Shown one piece after another: positions 54,536 through 64,000 of a stretch of DNA of 64,000 bases. The notes under the pieces are model-generated. The model made no database searches and was not told the DNA's origin. It was given only the letters and a program-made list of their open reading frames with translations. A program made the position numbers and the translations under genes. Every line of letters begins with the position of its first letter. Within the stretch, counting starts at the first letter, position 1. The stretch spans positions 480,288-544,287 of the forward strand of contig CAVPTO010000003.1 of NCBI GenBank assembly GCA_963708675.1, written 5' to 3'. The stretch comes from an uncultured Planctomycetota bacterium (GTDB lineage Bacteria > Planctomycetota > Planctomycetia > Pirellulales > PNKZ01).

Positions 54536-57095
54536 TCATCGCGATGCCATTTCATCTCGCGGCGGCTCGACCCACACGAGCTTCGTCTCGTCGATGAACC
54601 GCTTGCGCCACGCGTCGACGAGGCGGCGCTGGTCGATGAACGCCACCTGCTGAATCTGCTGGGCGTTGCCGCCCTTGTCGGCCATGAACGTGTCGCGAAG
54701 CACGGTCTCGGCCGGCTCAAGGCTCGTGACGCGGACAATGTACTCGGCGGTTTCGGGGTTGTTCTCGGCAATGCCGATGTCGCCGACGCGAAGGCCGAAA
54801 ACTTCGCGCATGAAATCGTTGCCGGGGTCGACCACGCCTTCGACTTCGCTGATGCGCGGCATCGTTCCGGCATTGAAGTCGCCGGCGCTCGAACTGTTCA
54901 TCCACGAGAACGTGCCGGTGTCGATGATCTTGTAACCCTTGTCGCCGAGCGACTCCTTGAGCGACTTGCCCGACGTGCGTGCCAGCGCTGCCAACTCCTC
55001 GGCCTTGCGATGCATCGGCTTTCGGGCCTGGATCATCTTCCAAGCGCTTTCGACCTCGCCACGAACTTCGGCAAACTGCGGCACGTGGGCCGCGACGTCC
55101 TCGGTCTTCCAGAACAGGTAACGGTTGCCTTCGTTGTCGAATGAAGTCACGGCAAAATAGACCTTCAGACTGCCATAGGCGAACGCGACGAACGATTCGC
55201 CGCCGACCGTCGAGCGGCCGATCCCGGGCCTGTCAGCGACTTCGTACGGCGGCGAAAAGCGAATGTCGCCGCTCTCGATGCCTGCTTCCTTCGCCATGGC
55301 GGCGAAGTCGGGCTTCGGCGGCAGTTGCGTCGTAGCGGTCCCATTTCTTGCTTTCTCAACCTCGACTCTGTCACGCTGATGTGCGTACTTTCGCAACGGG
55401 TCGGCAAGTTTCTGCAGTACGGCGTCCATCTTCGCGACGGCTCGCGCCGGCCAACTCCTTGCGAATCTGCTCACGCACTCGCCACAGAGGCGCGTACTTG
55501 GGGTTCTTGCCTTCGCCAATGCTCGACGGCAGCGTGTAGCGATCGATCAACTGCGGCGGCGCCTTGGCGGGCTTCGTGTCGGCCGGCGGTGTTGAAGGTG
55601 TTGATGTCGAGGTCGTCAACGGCGGAGTCGTCGTCGTGGTCGCGTTGCCCGGCGCCGTGAGTGACGGCGCGGCAGGAGTCTCATCGGTCTTCGCCGCAGG
55701 CATATCACCCGAGGGGACGGGCGTTGATGTTGCCGCAGGGGCAGAAGCCTCGGCAGGCGGAGTCGTTTCCGTCGTGGCGGGTTTCGCGTCACCGGCCGGA
55801 GTGTCTTCCTTCGTTTCGGCAGTCGGCGCGGCGGCGTCATCGCACGACGACCCGGTGGCGTTCTCCTCTTCGTCGTCGGTCGATGCGTCTTTCGCCGGTT
55901 CTTCCTTGGGTGGCTGCGCGTCTTGCTTGTCGGCGGGCGGTGCCGTCGAAGCCGGTGTCGCAGAAGCCGGGGGCGTGGTAGCTGGCGGTGCTGCGTCGGC
56001 AGGTTTCTCCGCGGCCGGTTGCTTCTCGGCCGCAGATTGCTTCTCTGCCGGAGTTTTTTCGGCCGCCGGTTCCTTCGCGGCATCCGTCGACGACTCCGAA
56101 TCGTCCGCCGTTTCATCTTCTTCGCCAACCGACGAGTACAGGTACTTCGTGTCCTTACTCTTCTCGTAGTGCTCTTCGATTTCCTTATCGTTGACCGCCA
56201 CCTCTTCGTAGAACTTCTGGTAGTCGGCGCGGAAGTATTGGAAGGCTGCCTTGTGCGGAACCTTGAAGCCCGGCGTCGGCGAGCCTGGGATCGGCTCTTC
56301 TTCCTTGTGCTCGTCGAAGAACGATTGCAGGTCGCGCTGCGACGGGTCGGCAATCTGCGAAAGGAAATCGCTGGCGGGTACGGCAACCAGCTCCGCCGTC
56401 GCGCGACGTTTCATCCGTGTGTAGTATTCCCAGCGCTCGGCCGGCGTCGCCTGCATGCCCAGCTGAAATAATTCTCGATATTTTCCGGCTGCCAATTCGT
56501 CGCGCAAGGCGTCGAACAAAAACGCCTTCGTCACCCGCTGTCGGCCACGTGTGGCAATCTGAGCCAGCGCTTCTTTCATCTGCTGATCGGTGACGCGATC
56601 GGCCGTTTGATCGCGGAGATATTCGACAATGCCTTCGTCGGTGATGACGACTCCATCGCGCTCGGCCAGCGCCGCCTGCAAATGCGTCTCGACGACCGAT
56701 CGCTCGGTCGGCGGCCCGAATGTCATCGTTAGATTCTGCTCGATCTCCTGACCGAGGCGGGCTTCGATCCCTTGAAGCGTCTCGGGGCCCAGCAGTTTCT
56801 GCAGATCGCCGCCGAATTGCCGCTGCATACGATCGAGCCACTCTTGCAGCCTCGCCTGAATCGAAATGCGGTAAAGGAACTCTCGCACCACGTTCCGCTT
56901 GTCGATCATCTCGGTCACGTCGGAAGCGTTGATGCTGCCGAAACGGCTGGTCGCGATGAGCGGGTTCTGCGGCGTCGACGACTCGGCCATGAAGTTCGGC
57001 ACGCTGCTCAGCGTAAACGCCACCATCAGCAGCACGCCGAAGACGGCGATCATTATCTTTTGGTTCTTACGAAAGACGTGAAACGTCGAGGTCAT
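54536..57095 (-). CDS. PpiD/SurA-like periplasmic chaperone with long acidic Pro/Thr/Ala-rich insert; single frameshift as assembled
   Basis: N-terminal anchor MTSTFHVFRKNQKIMIAVFGVLLMVAFTL and a SurA-N-like region in ORF 55371..57095. After ..REQIRKELAGA the sequence continues as (R)AVAKMDAVLQKLADPL.. in ORF 54536..55519. The frame change is at about 55441-55447. Confidence 0.7.
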
Positions 57096-57367
57096 GAAAG
57101 TTTTCCATCCTTGTCAAACGCGGGCGTTGCGAGGGCTCGTGGGGGCTCGCCGAGGTCGAATCCGTTTCGGGCGAAGCCTTGACAGCCCAGGGCCGCAAAT
57201 ATTAATGAGTGGGCAACTTCCGTTGCCTCGCTCGGCAGAAATTGTAGGAATGCTCGACGTAAATGCAATCCCGAACAGGACTCAGGCATCGGGGCTTGCC
57301 GCTGCGTCGAAGATATGAGGGAGCCGGATTTCGCAGGTTCGACAGATCGAGATGACCACAGATTGAG

Positions 57368-60028
57368 ATGACCATGGCCAAGAAGTCGGCAAAGGCGGAA
57401 GGAAACTCGCTCGTGATCGTCGAGTCGCCTGCAAAGGCACGCACGATCAGCAAGTTCCTCGGCAAAGGCTACACGGTCGAGGCCAGCATCGGTCACGTCC
57501 GCGATCTGCCTCAAGGCGCGAAGCAAATTCCCGCCCAATATAAGGGCGAAGCATGGGCACGGCTGGGCGTCAACGTCGACGACAACTTCGATCCGCTGTA
57601 CATCGTGCCGCCCGGCAAAACGGAGCAAATTCGCAAGCTCAAGGGCATGATGAAAGACGCCACGGAACTGTTCCTGGCGACGGACGAAGACCGCGAAGGC
57701 GAAGCCATTAGTTGGCATTTGCGCGAGATTCTGAAGCCGAAGGTCCCCGTTCGACGCCTCGTGTTCCACGAGATCACATCCGAGGCCATTCACGAAGCGC
57801 TCGAACACCCCCGCGATATCGACGACGCCCTGGTGAAAGCGCAGGAAACGCGGCGCATCGTCGACCGCCTGTACGGATACGAAGTCTCGCCGCTGTTGTG
57901 GCGAAAGGTGCGTCCGAAGCTGTCGGCCGGCCGTGTGCAAAGCGTGGCCGTGAAGCTCATCGTCGAACGCGAGCGACATCGCATGGCGTTCGTCTCGGCC
58001 ACGTTTTGGGACCTAATCGGGCAGTTCGCAACGCAGAAGAACGAGCAGTTCGAGGCCACGCTCGTCAGCTACGAGGGAAAGCGGATTCCCGCGACGCGAG
58101 ATTTCGAGCCGACCACCGGCAAGGTGAAAGACCCGAACCTGCTGATGTTGGACGAGGCCGGCGCTCGCGAGCTGCTCGAAAAACTCAAGCGTGCCGAGTT
58201 CCGTGTCCTTGCAGTCGACGACAAGCCGTACACGACGAAGCCGTATCCGCCGTTCACCACCAGCACGCTGCAACAAGAAGCCAACCGCAAGATGGGCTTC
58301 ACCGCGCGTCGCACGATGCAGGTGGCGCAGAGCTTGTACGAGAACGGTCACATCACTTACATGCGTACCGATTCGACGAATCTGGCGCAGGTGGCTATCG
58401 CCGCCGCACGCGACCTGGTCAAGGCGCAGTACGGCGAGGAATATCTTCCCGCCGAAGCGAGGCAGTATCGCACAAAGGTCAAGAACGCGCAGGAAGCACA
58501 CGAGGCCATCCGCCCCGCGGGTCATCCGTTCGAGCTGCCCGACCGCTTAAAGGGTTCGCTGCAGAACGATGAATACCGGCTGTTCGAGATGATTTGGAAG
58601 CGCACGATCGCCAGCCAAATGGCCGACGCTCGCGGGCATCGCATGTCGATCACGCTCGAAGGCGGGGGCGCTCAGTTCACCGTCAGTGGCAAGCGGATCG
58701 ACTTCCCCGGCTATCTGCGCGCCTATGTCGAGGGCTCGGACGATCCGCAAGCCGACCTCGCCGATCGCGAAAGCATTCTACCCGCCGTCACGGTCAACCA
58801 AGTCATCAAGTGCAACGAACTCGACCCGAAAGATCACACCACGCAGCCGCCGGCGCGTTTCAACGAAGCGACGCTCACCAAGACGCTCGAAGAAATGGGC
58901 ATCGGTCGCCCGAGCACTTACGCTTCGATCATCGACACGATTCTTGCGCGGGAGTATGTCGTCAAACGCGCCAACGCGCTGGTGCCGACGTGGACGGCGT
59001 TCGCGGTGTCGCAGTTGCTCGAAGCACACCTGCCGAACCTGGTCGATTACCGATTCACCGCGCAGATGGAAGACGACCTCGACTCGATCAGTCGCGGCGA
59101 AACGGCGCACATTGATTACCTTCGCGGCTTTTATTTCGGCAATGGCACCGCGGGCTTGAAAGCGCAGCTGGCGAACAAGTCGGAAGAGATCGACGCTGCC
59201 GAGGTGAATCGCATTCCGCTGTCGTTGCGGGGCAAGGTGGCAAAGGGCGATCCAATCGTCGTTCGCGTTGGACGGTTTGGGCCGTTTCTGCAGCAGGGAG
59301 ACCGGCGAGCAAGCATTCCCGAAGACCTTCCACCCGACGAGTTGACCATCGAAAAGGCCGAGGCGATGCTCGACCAATCGGCGCTGGCGGACGATCCGTT
59401 GGGCATGTGTCCGACAACGAACAAGCCGGTGTATTTGAAGGTCGGACGGTTCGGCCCATACGTGCAGCGCGGCTCGACCGACGACGAAGAGAAGCCGCAG
59501 AACGCGTCGCTGCTGAAGGGAATGAAGCCCGAAGACATCGACCTCGCGACGGCGCTCAAGTTGCTCACGCTGCCGCGCGATTTGGGCGTCGATCCCAAAA
59601 CCGGCGAAACGGTTACGGCGTTCAATGGTCGGTTCGGGCCCTACGTGAAATCGGCCGCCGAGACGCGCAGCCTGCCGGCCGACGTGTCTCCGCTCGACGT
59701 GACGTTCGAGCAAGCGCTCGCGTTGTTGGCCGAGCCGAAGAAACAGCGACGTGGGTTCGGCGCTCCGCGCGAGCCGCTGAAGACGCTGGGCAAGTCGACC
59801 GTGACAGGGGAGGACATTCAGCTACACGAAGGTCGTTACGGCATGTACGTCACCGACGGCACGACGAACGCTTCGCTGCCGAAGGGCACTTCGGGCGATG
59901 CACTGACGACCGAGCAAGCGCTCGAATTGCTTGCCGAGCGCGCCGCGAAAGGCCCTCCGACCAAGAAGAAGCGCCCCGCGAAGCGTGCTCCCGCCGCGGC
60001 GAAGAAGAAAAAGAAGTCGAAGTCGTAG
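57368..60028 (+). CDS. topA: DNA topoisomerase I (type IA) with four GRFGPY-type C-terminal repeats and Lys-rich tail
   Basis: TOPRIM motif LVIVESPAKARTISKFLG, active-site context ENGHITYMRTDS, repeats VGRFGPFLQQG, VGRFGPYVQRG, NGRFGPYVKSA and EGRYGMYVTDG, and the tail KKKRPAKRAPAAAKKKKKSKS. Confidence 0.95.
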   Translation: MTMAKKSAKAEGNSLVIVESPAKARTISKFLGKGYTVEASIGHVRDLPQGAKQIPAQYKGEAWARLGVNVDDNFDPLYIVPPGKTEQIRKLKGMMKDATELFLATDEDREGEAISWHLREILKPKVPVRRLVFHEITSEAIHEALEHPRDIDDALVKAQETRRIVDRLYGYEVSPLLWRKVRPKLSAGRVQSVAVKLIVERERHRMAFVSATFWDLIGQFATQKNEQFEATLVSYEGKRIPATRDFEPTTGKVKDPNLLMLDEAGARELLEKLKRAEFRVLAVDDKPYTTKPYPPFTTSTLQQEANRKMGFTARRTMQVAQSLYENGHITYMRTDSTNLAQVAIAAARDLVKAQYGEEYLPAEARQYRTKVKNAQEAHEAIRPAGHPFELPDRLKGSLQNDEYRLFEMIWKRTIASQMADARGHRMSITLEGGGAQFTVSGKRIDFPGYLRAYVEGSDDPQADLADRESILPAVTVNQVIKCNELDPKDHTTQPPARFNEATLTKTLEEMGIGRPSTYASIIDTILAREYVVKRANALVPTWTAFAVSQLLEAHLPNLVDYRFTAQMEDDLDSISRGETAHIDYLRGFYFGNGTAGLKAQLANKSEEIDAAEVNRIPLSLRGKVAKGDPIVVRVGRFGPFLQQGDRRASIPEDLPPDELTIEKAEAMLDQSALADDPLGMCPTTNKPVYLKVGRFGPYVQRGSTDDEEKPQNASLLKGMKPEDIDLATALKLLTLPRDLGVDPKTGETVTAFNGRFGPYVKSAAETRSLPADVSPLDVTFEQALALLAEPKKQRRGFGAPREPLKTLGKSTVTGEDIQLHEGRYGMYVTDGTTNASLPKGTSGDALTTEQALELLAERAAKGPPTKKKRPAKRAPAAAKKKKKSKS

Positions 60029-60041
60029 CTGGACAGAAAAC

Positions 60042-60170
60042 GAACCCCCTTTGGGAGAGGATGGCGGCGTAGCCGCCGGGTGAGGGCGGGTTGAAGTAGA
60101 AAACGATCACCACTTCAAACCGCCCTCATCCGCCGCTTCGCGGCACATTCTCCCGAAGGGAGAAGGATTC
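60042..60170 (+). repeat. Multi-hairpin intergenic element, copy F (first hairpin degraded)
   Basis: Lies between the convergent stops of topA (60028) and acpS (60174). Confidence 0.8.
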
Positions 60171-60173
60171 AGA

Positions 60174-60593
60174 TCACTTGCGTATCGCGATCGCATACGC
60201 GATCGCGTGGCCTCGACTATGCGAGGTCGTGACGAGCACGTCGGTCACCCCCATGCTGAGCGCGGCATCGGCCACGCCGGCGCGGAACTTCACGCTCAAC
60301 CTGCCGCGTTTATCGGGCATCACTTCGATATCGAGCCAGCGAATGCCGCGATGTTGGTTGAGCCCCATCGACTTGAGCACCGCTTCCTTCGCGGCCCATT
60401 GTGCAGCAAACTGTTGCGTCGATTGCTGACGACTCTGGCAGTACCGCAATTCATCGTTCGTGTAGACGCGATCGATGAACCGCTCGCCGTGTCGCTCGAT
60501 GAGCTTGGCGACACGCAGCACGTCGATCAGCTCGGTGCCGATACCGATAATGCTCATGCCGTCGTTGTCGTCGTCGCGCGGTTCGGGGGGCAT
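60174..60593 (-). CDS. acpS: Holo-[acyl-carrier-protein] synthase
   Basis: MSIIGIGTELIDVLRV..FAAQWAAKEAVLKSMG..IEV. GGAG Shine-Dalgarno 7 nt before the ATG at 60593, with an internal ATG at 60557 also possible. The ORF-track extension to 60773 runs through repeat copy G and is rejected. Confidence 0.8.
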   Translation of the reverse strand: MPPEPRDDDNDGMSIIGIGTELIDVLRVAKLIERHGERFIDRVYTNDELRYCQSRQQSTQQFAAQWAAKEAVLKSMGLNQHRGIRWLDIEVMPDKRGRLSVKFRAGVADAALSMGVTDVLVTTSHSRGHAIAYAIAIRK

Positions 60594-60619
60594 CAAACAA
60601 CTCCGACGTTCATGTATTA

Positions 60620-60754
60620 AACCCCTCTCTCCCTTCGGGAGAGGGTGGCGGCGCAGCCGCCGGGTAAGGGCGGGTTGAATTAGAACGCGGTTGCCAATTC
60701 CACCCGCCCTCATCCGCCGCTTCGCGGCACCTTCTCCCAGAGGGAGAAGGGTTC
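60620..60754 (+). repeat. ~130 bp multi-hairpin intergenic element, copy G
   Basis: Full module order. Lies between the trpS stop (60778) and the acpS start. Confidence 0.85.
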
Positions 60755-60777
60755 GCATCGCAACCTCCAACAAAAAG

Positions 60778-61755
60778 TTACGTCTTCAATCCGCACGCCT
60801 TCTGCGCCCGCGCCAGCACCGCGCCGGCCTTCTGCCGCGCGCGACGTGCACCGTCGGCGAGAATGTCGCGCACCGTGTCGGGATGCGCCGCCAACTCCGC
60901 ACGACGCTTCCGCGGCTCGTCGAAGTATCGCTCCGCCAGGTCCGCCAAGGCCTTCTTCACCTCGCCGTAGCCGAAGCCGCCGCGACGATACTTCGCCGCC
61001 ATTTCGGCCTTCTCATTCTCATCGGCCAGCAGCGCGAACAACTGATACAGGTGATCGCTTTCAGGTTCCTTCGGCTGCTCCATCGGCCGCGAATCGGTGG
61101 CGATGCGCATGATCTTTTTGCGCATCGCCTTGGGGTCCTCGAAGACTTCGATCGTGTTGTTGTAGCTCTTCGACATCTTCTCGCCGTCGATGCCGGGGAC
61201 CTTGGCCGACGCTTCCATGATCTTCGCCTTCGGCATGACGAACGTGTCGCCGAAGTGATGGTTGAAGCTGCCTGCGATGTCGCGGCAAACCTCGACGTGT
61301 TGCACCTGGTCCTGTCCGACCGGAACCACGTCCGCGTCGTACAGCAGAATGTCGGCGGCCATCAGCACCGGATAGGTGAACAGCCCCGCGTCGGCCGGCA
61401 GTCCCTTGTCCTTCTTGTCTTTGTAGGCGTGACAACGCTCGAGCAGCCCCATCGGCGTGCCGGTCATCAGCAGCCAGCACAGCTCGCTCGCTTCGGGCAC
61501 GTCGGATTGCACAAACAACACCGCCTGCTTCGGATCTAATCCAAGGGCTAACAGATCGAGCGCCGCGTCGAGCGTGTACTCTTGCAACAGCTTGGGGTCG
61601 CGCACCGTCGTGAGCGCGTGCAAATTGGCGATGAAGTAGTACGACTCGTTGCCGTGCTGCAAGTCGATGTACTGCTGGATCGCTCCAAAGTAGTTGCCCC
61701 AATGGAAGCGGCCGGTCGGCTGAATTCCCGAAAGTACACGCATCAATCGACTCAC
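60778..61755 (-). CDS. trpS: Tryptophan--tRNA ligase
   Basis: [20 protein letters not shown] (HIGH-type region) and GEKMSKSY (KMSKS). GTG at 61755 or ATG at 61743. Confidence 0.9.
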   Translation of the reverse strand: MSRLMRVLSGIQPTGRFHWGNYFGAIQQYIDLQHGNESYYFIANLHALTTVRDPKLLQEYTLDAALDLLALGLDPKQAVLFVQSDVPEASELCWLLMTGTPMGLLERCHAYKDKKDKGLPADAGLFTYPVLMAADILLYDADVVPVGQDQVQHVEVCRDIAGSFNHHFGDTFVMPKAKIMEASAKVPGIDGEKMSKSYNNTIEVFEDPKAMRKKIMRIATDSRPMEQPKEPESDHLYQLFALLADENEKAEMAAKYRRGGFGYGEVKKALADLAERYFDEPRKRRAELAAHPDTVRDILADGARRARQKAGAVLARAQKACGLKT

Positions 61756-61779
61756 GCATCCATCGAATGAGAGGGGCGG

Positions 61780-62709
61780 TTAGCGCTTCGTTGCCAAGGC
61801 TCCGACGACTTCGCGCACGCTGGAAGCGCCGAATTCTTTTATCGCACCCGGCAGTGAATCGAGCAACTTCATCGACACCTGCGGATCGTAGTAGTTCGCG
61901 GTGCCAATCTGCACGGCCGAGGCGCCAGCGACCAAAAACTCCATCACGTCGTCAATCGTCGCCACGCCGCCAATGCCGATGATCGGCGTCTTCGTCACTT
62001 GCGCGGCCTGATACACCGCGCGCAGCGCGATCGGCTTGATCGCTGGTCCGCTGAGGCCTCCCATGACATTGCCGAGGATCGGCTTGCGGCGTCGCCAGTC
62101 GATGGCCATGCCCAGGCAGGTGTTGATCATCGACAGCGCGTCGGCGCCGCCGGCGGACGTGGCCTTGGCCATTTCGGCAATGCTCGTCACGTTCGGCGTC
62201 AGCTTGGCGATGATCGGCAGCTTGCACGCCTGGCGAACGTCGTGCACTAGCCGTTCGCCGGTTCGCGGGTCGGTGCCAAAGTCGACGCCTCCCGATACGT
62301 TCGGGCACGAGATGTTCAACTCGATGGCCGCGATGCCCGAGTGGCCGTCGAGTTGCGTAGCCATTTCGACGAACTCTTCGGCCGTGCGACCGGCGATGCT
62401 GACGATGATCGGTGCGGGAAGCGTTCGCAGATAAGGCAGATGATGGTCGATGAACGCGTCGATGCCGTCGTTATCGAGGCCAATCGAGTTCAACATCCCA
62501 CCGGTCGTTTCGACGGTTCGAGGCGGTGGATTGCCGATGCGCGGCTGGCGAGTGATCGTCTTGGGCAGAATGCCGCCAAGACGGGCGAGGTCGACGATGC
62601 CCGCCATTTCGCGGGCGTAGCCGAACGTGCCCGAGGCCACGAGGATGGGGTTCGGCAGCCTCAACCTGCCGAGCGTCACCGACAGATCGACTGCGTCACT
62701 GGTCATCAC
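61780..62709 (-). CDS. pyrD: Dihydroorotate dehydrogenase, class 1 catalytic subunit
   Basis: [28 protein letters not shown], and [25 protein letters not shown]. Confidence 0.9.
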   Translation of the reverse strand: MMTSDAVDLSVTLGRLRLPNPILVASGTFGYAREMAGIVDLARLGGILPKTITRQPRIGNPPPRTVETTGGMLNSIGLDNDGIDAFIDHHLPYLRTLPAPIIVSIAGRTAEEFVEMATQLDGHSGIAAIELNISCPNVSGGVDFGTDPRTGERLVHDVRQACKLPIIAKLTPNVTSIAEMAKATSAGGADALSMINTCLGMAIDWRRRKPILGNVMGGLSGPAIKPIALRAVYQAAQVTKTPIIGIGGVATIDDVMEFLVAGASAVQIGTANYYDPQVSMKLLDSLPGAIKEFGASSVREVVGALATKR

Positions 62710-62767
62710 GAAGAATGTAACGGCGCGACGGCAGGGCCGCTATCCGGTGGCCCTCGTTTTGTCGGTG

Positions 62768-62823
62768 GTTAGCCGCGTCGCTTGCGACGCGCTCGGTAGC
62801 GCGTCGCAAGCGACGCGGCTAAC
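62768..62823. terminator. Perfect 56 bp palindrome (26 bp arms, 4 nt spacer), probable terminator/structural element
   Basis: GTTAGCCGCGTCGCTTGCGACGCGCT-cggt-AGCGCGTCGCAAGCGACGCGGCTAAC. It lies 23 nt downstream of the lipoprotein gene stop (62846) and upstream of pyrD. No U-tract follows. Confidence 0.55.
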
Positions 62824-62845
62824 CGTGCGTCCCTGGCGCGAGCAA

Positions 62846-63064
62846 CTAGATAATGCCGCCGTGCGTGCGGTGCGGCGACAGATGGCTCGGCTGATCGAGC
62901 ATCCATAGCCGTTCCCAGTCTTCCAACAGCATGCGCAAGTTTTCTGACGTGTAGATCAACTCCTGGTTGCGACGCATCTTGTCGCCGGAGTAGCCGGGAA
63001 TCAGACATCCGGTGCAGGAGCTGAGACCCGTGGCAAGCAGGGCTGCCCAAAGCAACTGGCGCAT
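62846..63064 (-). CDS. Small lipoprotein (hypothetical)
   Basis: GGAGGAG Shine-Dalgarno before the ATG at 63064. MRQLLWAALLATGLSSC carries a lipobox (L-S-S-C). Confidence 0.6.
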   Translation of the reverse strand: MRQLLWAALLATGLSSCTGCLIPGYSGDKMRRNQELIYTSENLRMLLEDWERLWMLDQPSHLSPHRTHGGII

Positions 63065-63376
63065 AACGAGACTCTCCTCCGTGAGTTGACTCCAGCGTGC
63101 CATCCGGGCGCGCAGGACCAGCGTGACGGACTGTCACCGGGGATTTTGTTAGGTGTGTTTCGAACGCGTGAAGCGAACTGGCTAATCGACGCCGGCGGCA
63201 CGAGGCCGAGGTGGGACAAACACGGCACCTTGAGGGGAGGCGTACCATAGACGAAGCAGAAACTTGCGCCGAGGCCAGTTCTTGGCCCGTGTGCAAGCAG
63301 CGCGATTTGCTCTCGTCGCTGTGCTGCTTATGAGTCTGCTGTCTATAAGAACGTGTGCGTTGCGTGTGGACGAACG

Positions 63377-63784
63377 TCAGCTGGACTCTGACCGATCCAC
63401 GTAACCCGCAGGGCTGACAACAGTTTCGCCATGCGAAGGCGAGCTGTTTCCGCCAGAAGGGTGGTTTCCCGCTTCCTTGGCGGCAGCAGCGGCAGCAGCC
63501 TGACGCTCAAGCTCGCGAACGCGCTCTTCCATTTCTTTGCCCGGCTTGAAGGTAACCACATATTTCTCCGGGACATAGACCTTGTCCCCGGTACGTGGAT
63601 TACGGGCCTTTCGGGCGGCGCGTTTCTTCACTTCGAAGACACCGAAGTTGCGCAACTCGATACGTTTTTCTTCCACGAGCGTCTCAACGATCGCGTCAAA
63701 CGTCTTCTGCACAATCTCTTTCGTCTTCAGCTGCGTCAGACCAATCTCGTCAGAGATGGTTTTTACGATTTCTTTCTTGGTCAC
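63377..63784 (-). CDS. HU/IHF-family DNA-binding protein with Ala/Ser-rich C-terminal extension
   Basis: [88 protein letters not shown] start. Confidence 0.9.
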   Translation of the reverse strand: MTKKEIVKTISDEIGLTQLKTKEIVQKTFDAIVETLVEEKRIELRNFGVFEVKKRAARKARNPRTGDKVYVPEKYVVTFKPGKEMEERVRELERQAAAAAAAKEAGNHPSGGNSSPSHGETVVSPAGYVDRSESS

Positions 63785-63859
63785 GGCTGCGGCTCTCCTG
63801 TGAAGCGAGGCGGCGAGGCGCCTTCACAGCGGTTCCTGTCCACCACAATAGCGCTTGCA

Positions 63860-63888
63860 AGTGTAGATGCCATAAGAAGTAGTGTCAA
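63860..63888 (-). promoter_or_regulatory. Candidate sigma70-like promoter of the HU/IHF gene
   Basis: On the minus strand: TTGACA (63888-63883), a 17 nt spacer, then TACACT (63865-63860), about 75 nt upstream of the start codon. Pattern match only. Confidence 0.35.
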
Positions 63889-64000
63889 GCAACATGCCGT
63901 TATTGGCCGCGTTGTCAAGTCCGTAGGACGTGCTTCGCTACGTGCGAAAGCAGTCCGCCGGACCGAACTCGGCCAGGACGTCGATTTTGCCGGATTGCCA

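Noticed and set aside
33124-59713. Other long antisense ORFs (33124..34245, 38363..39883, 44706..45959, 48312..49805, 52573..54411, 58778..59713)
   Set aside because: Each lies fully inside a confidently assigned gene on the opposite strand and shows the same Arg/His/Val/Asp-rich shadow composition.

Overview
High-GC (about 60-65% by eye) bacterial chromosomal segment. Gene content and sequence idioms point to Planctomycetota, probably Pirellulales-like: a giant secreted repeat protein with an ...EALESRQLMAAD N-terminal leader, several sulfatases, DUF4118-PAS sensors, and dense families of GC-rich intergenic hairpin repeats. The taxonomic call is inference only. I support about 50 protein-coding genes. 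Housekeeping genes are cca, sucCD, ispG, polX, topA, acpS, trpS, pyrD, trmL and an HU/IHF protein. Envelope genes are a WD40 protein, a ~1490 aa Cna-B/FG-GAP repeat protein plus a paralogue of its C-terminal module, three putative outer-membrane beta-barrel proteins, MscS and a PpiD-like chaperone. Sulfated-glycan genes are two sulfatases, nagA and GH88. Signalling genes are a multi-PAS hybrid kinase, two response regulators and a kinase-less DUF4118-PAS sensor. There is also a small accessory patch with a serpin, an AT-richer islet and hicBA. The most interesting locus is a translationally coupled four-gene cassette at 33205..37689. It comprises an unknown lead gene, two tandem MoxR-type AAA+ ATPase paralogues (the first fused to an RNA polymerase alpha-CTD-like helix-hairpin-helix domain), and an HExxH-metallopeptidase/vWA protein. 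Non-coding space holds at least six repeat families. They include a ~130 bp multi-hairpin element (7 copies, each next to a gene 3' end) and a three-way-junction element whose two copies show compensatory substitutions. As given, the sequence has at least seven single-base frame disruptions and one in-frame stop inside otherwise conserved genes (sucC, sucD x2, nagA, the ppiD-like gene, others). I cannot tell assembly error from real decay without reads. No rRNA, tRNA, CRISPR array, transposase or integrase was recognised by eye. All domain calls rest on motif recognition in the translations, not on database searches.
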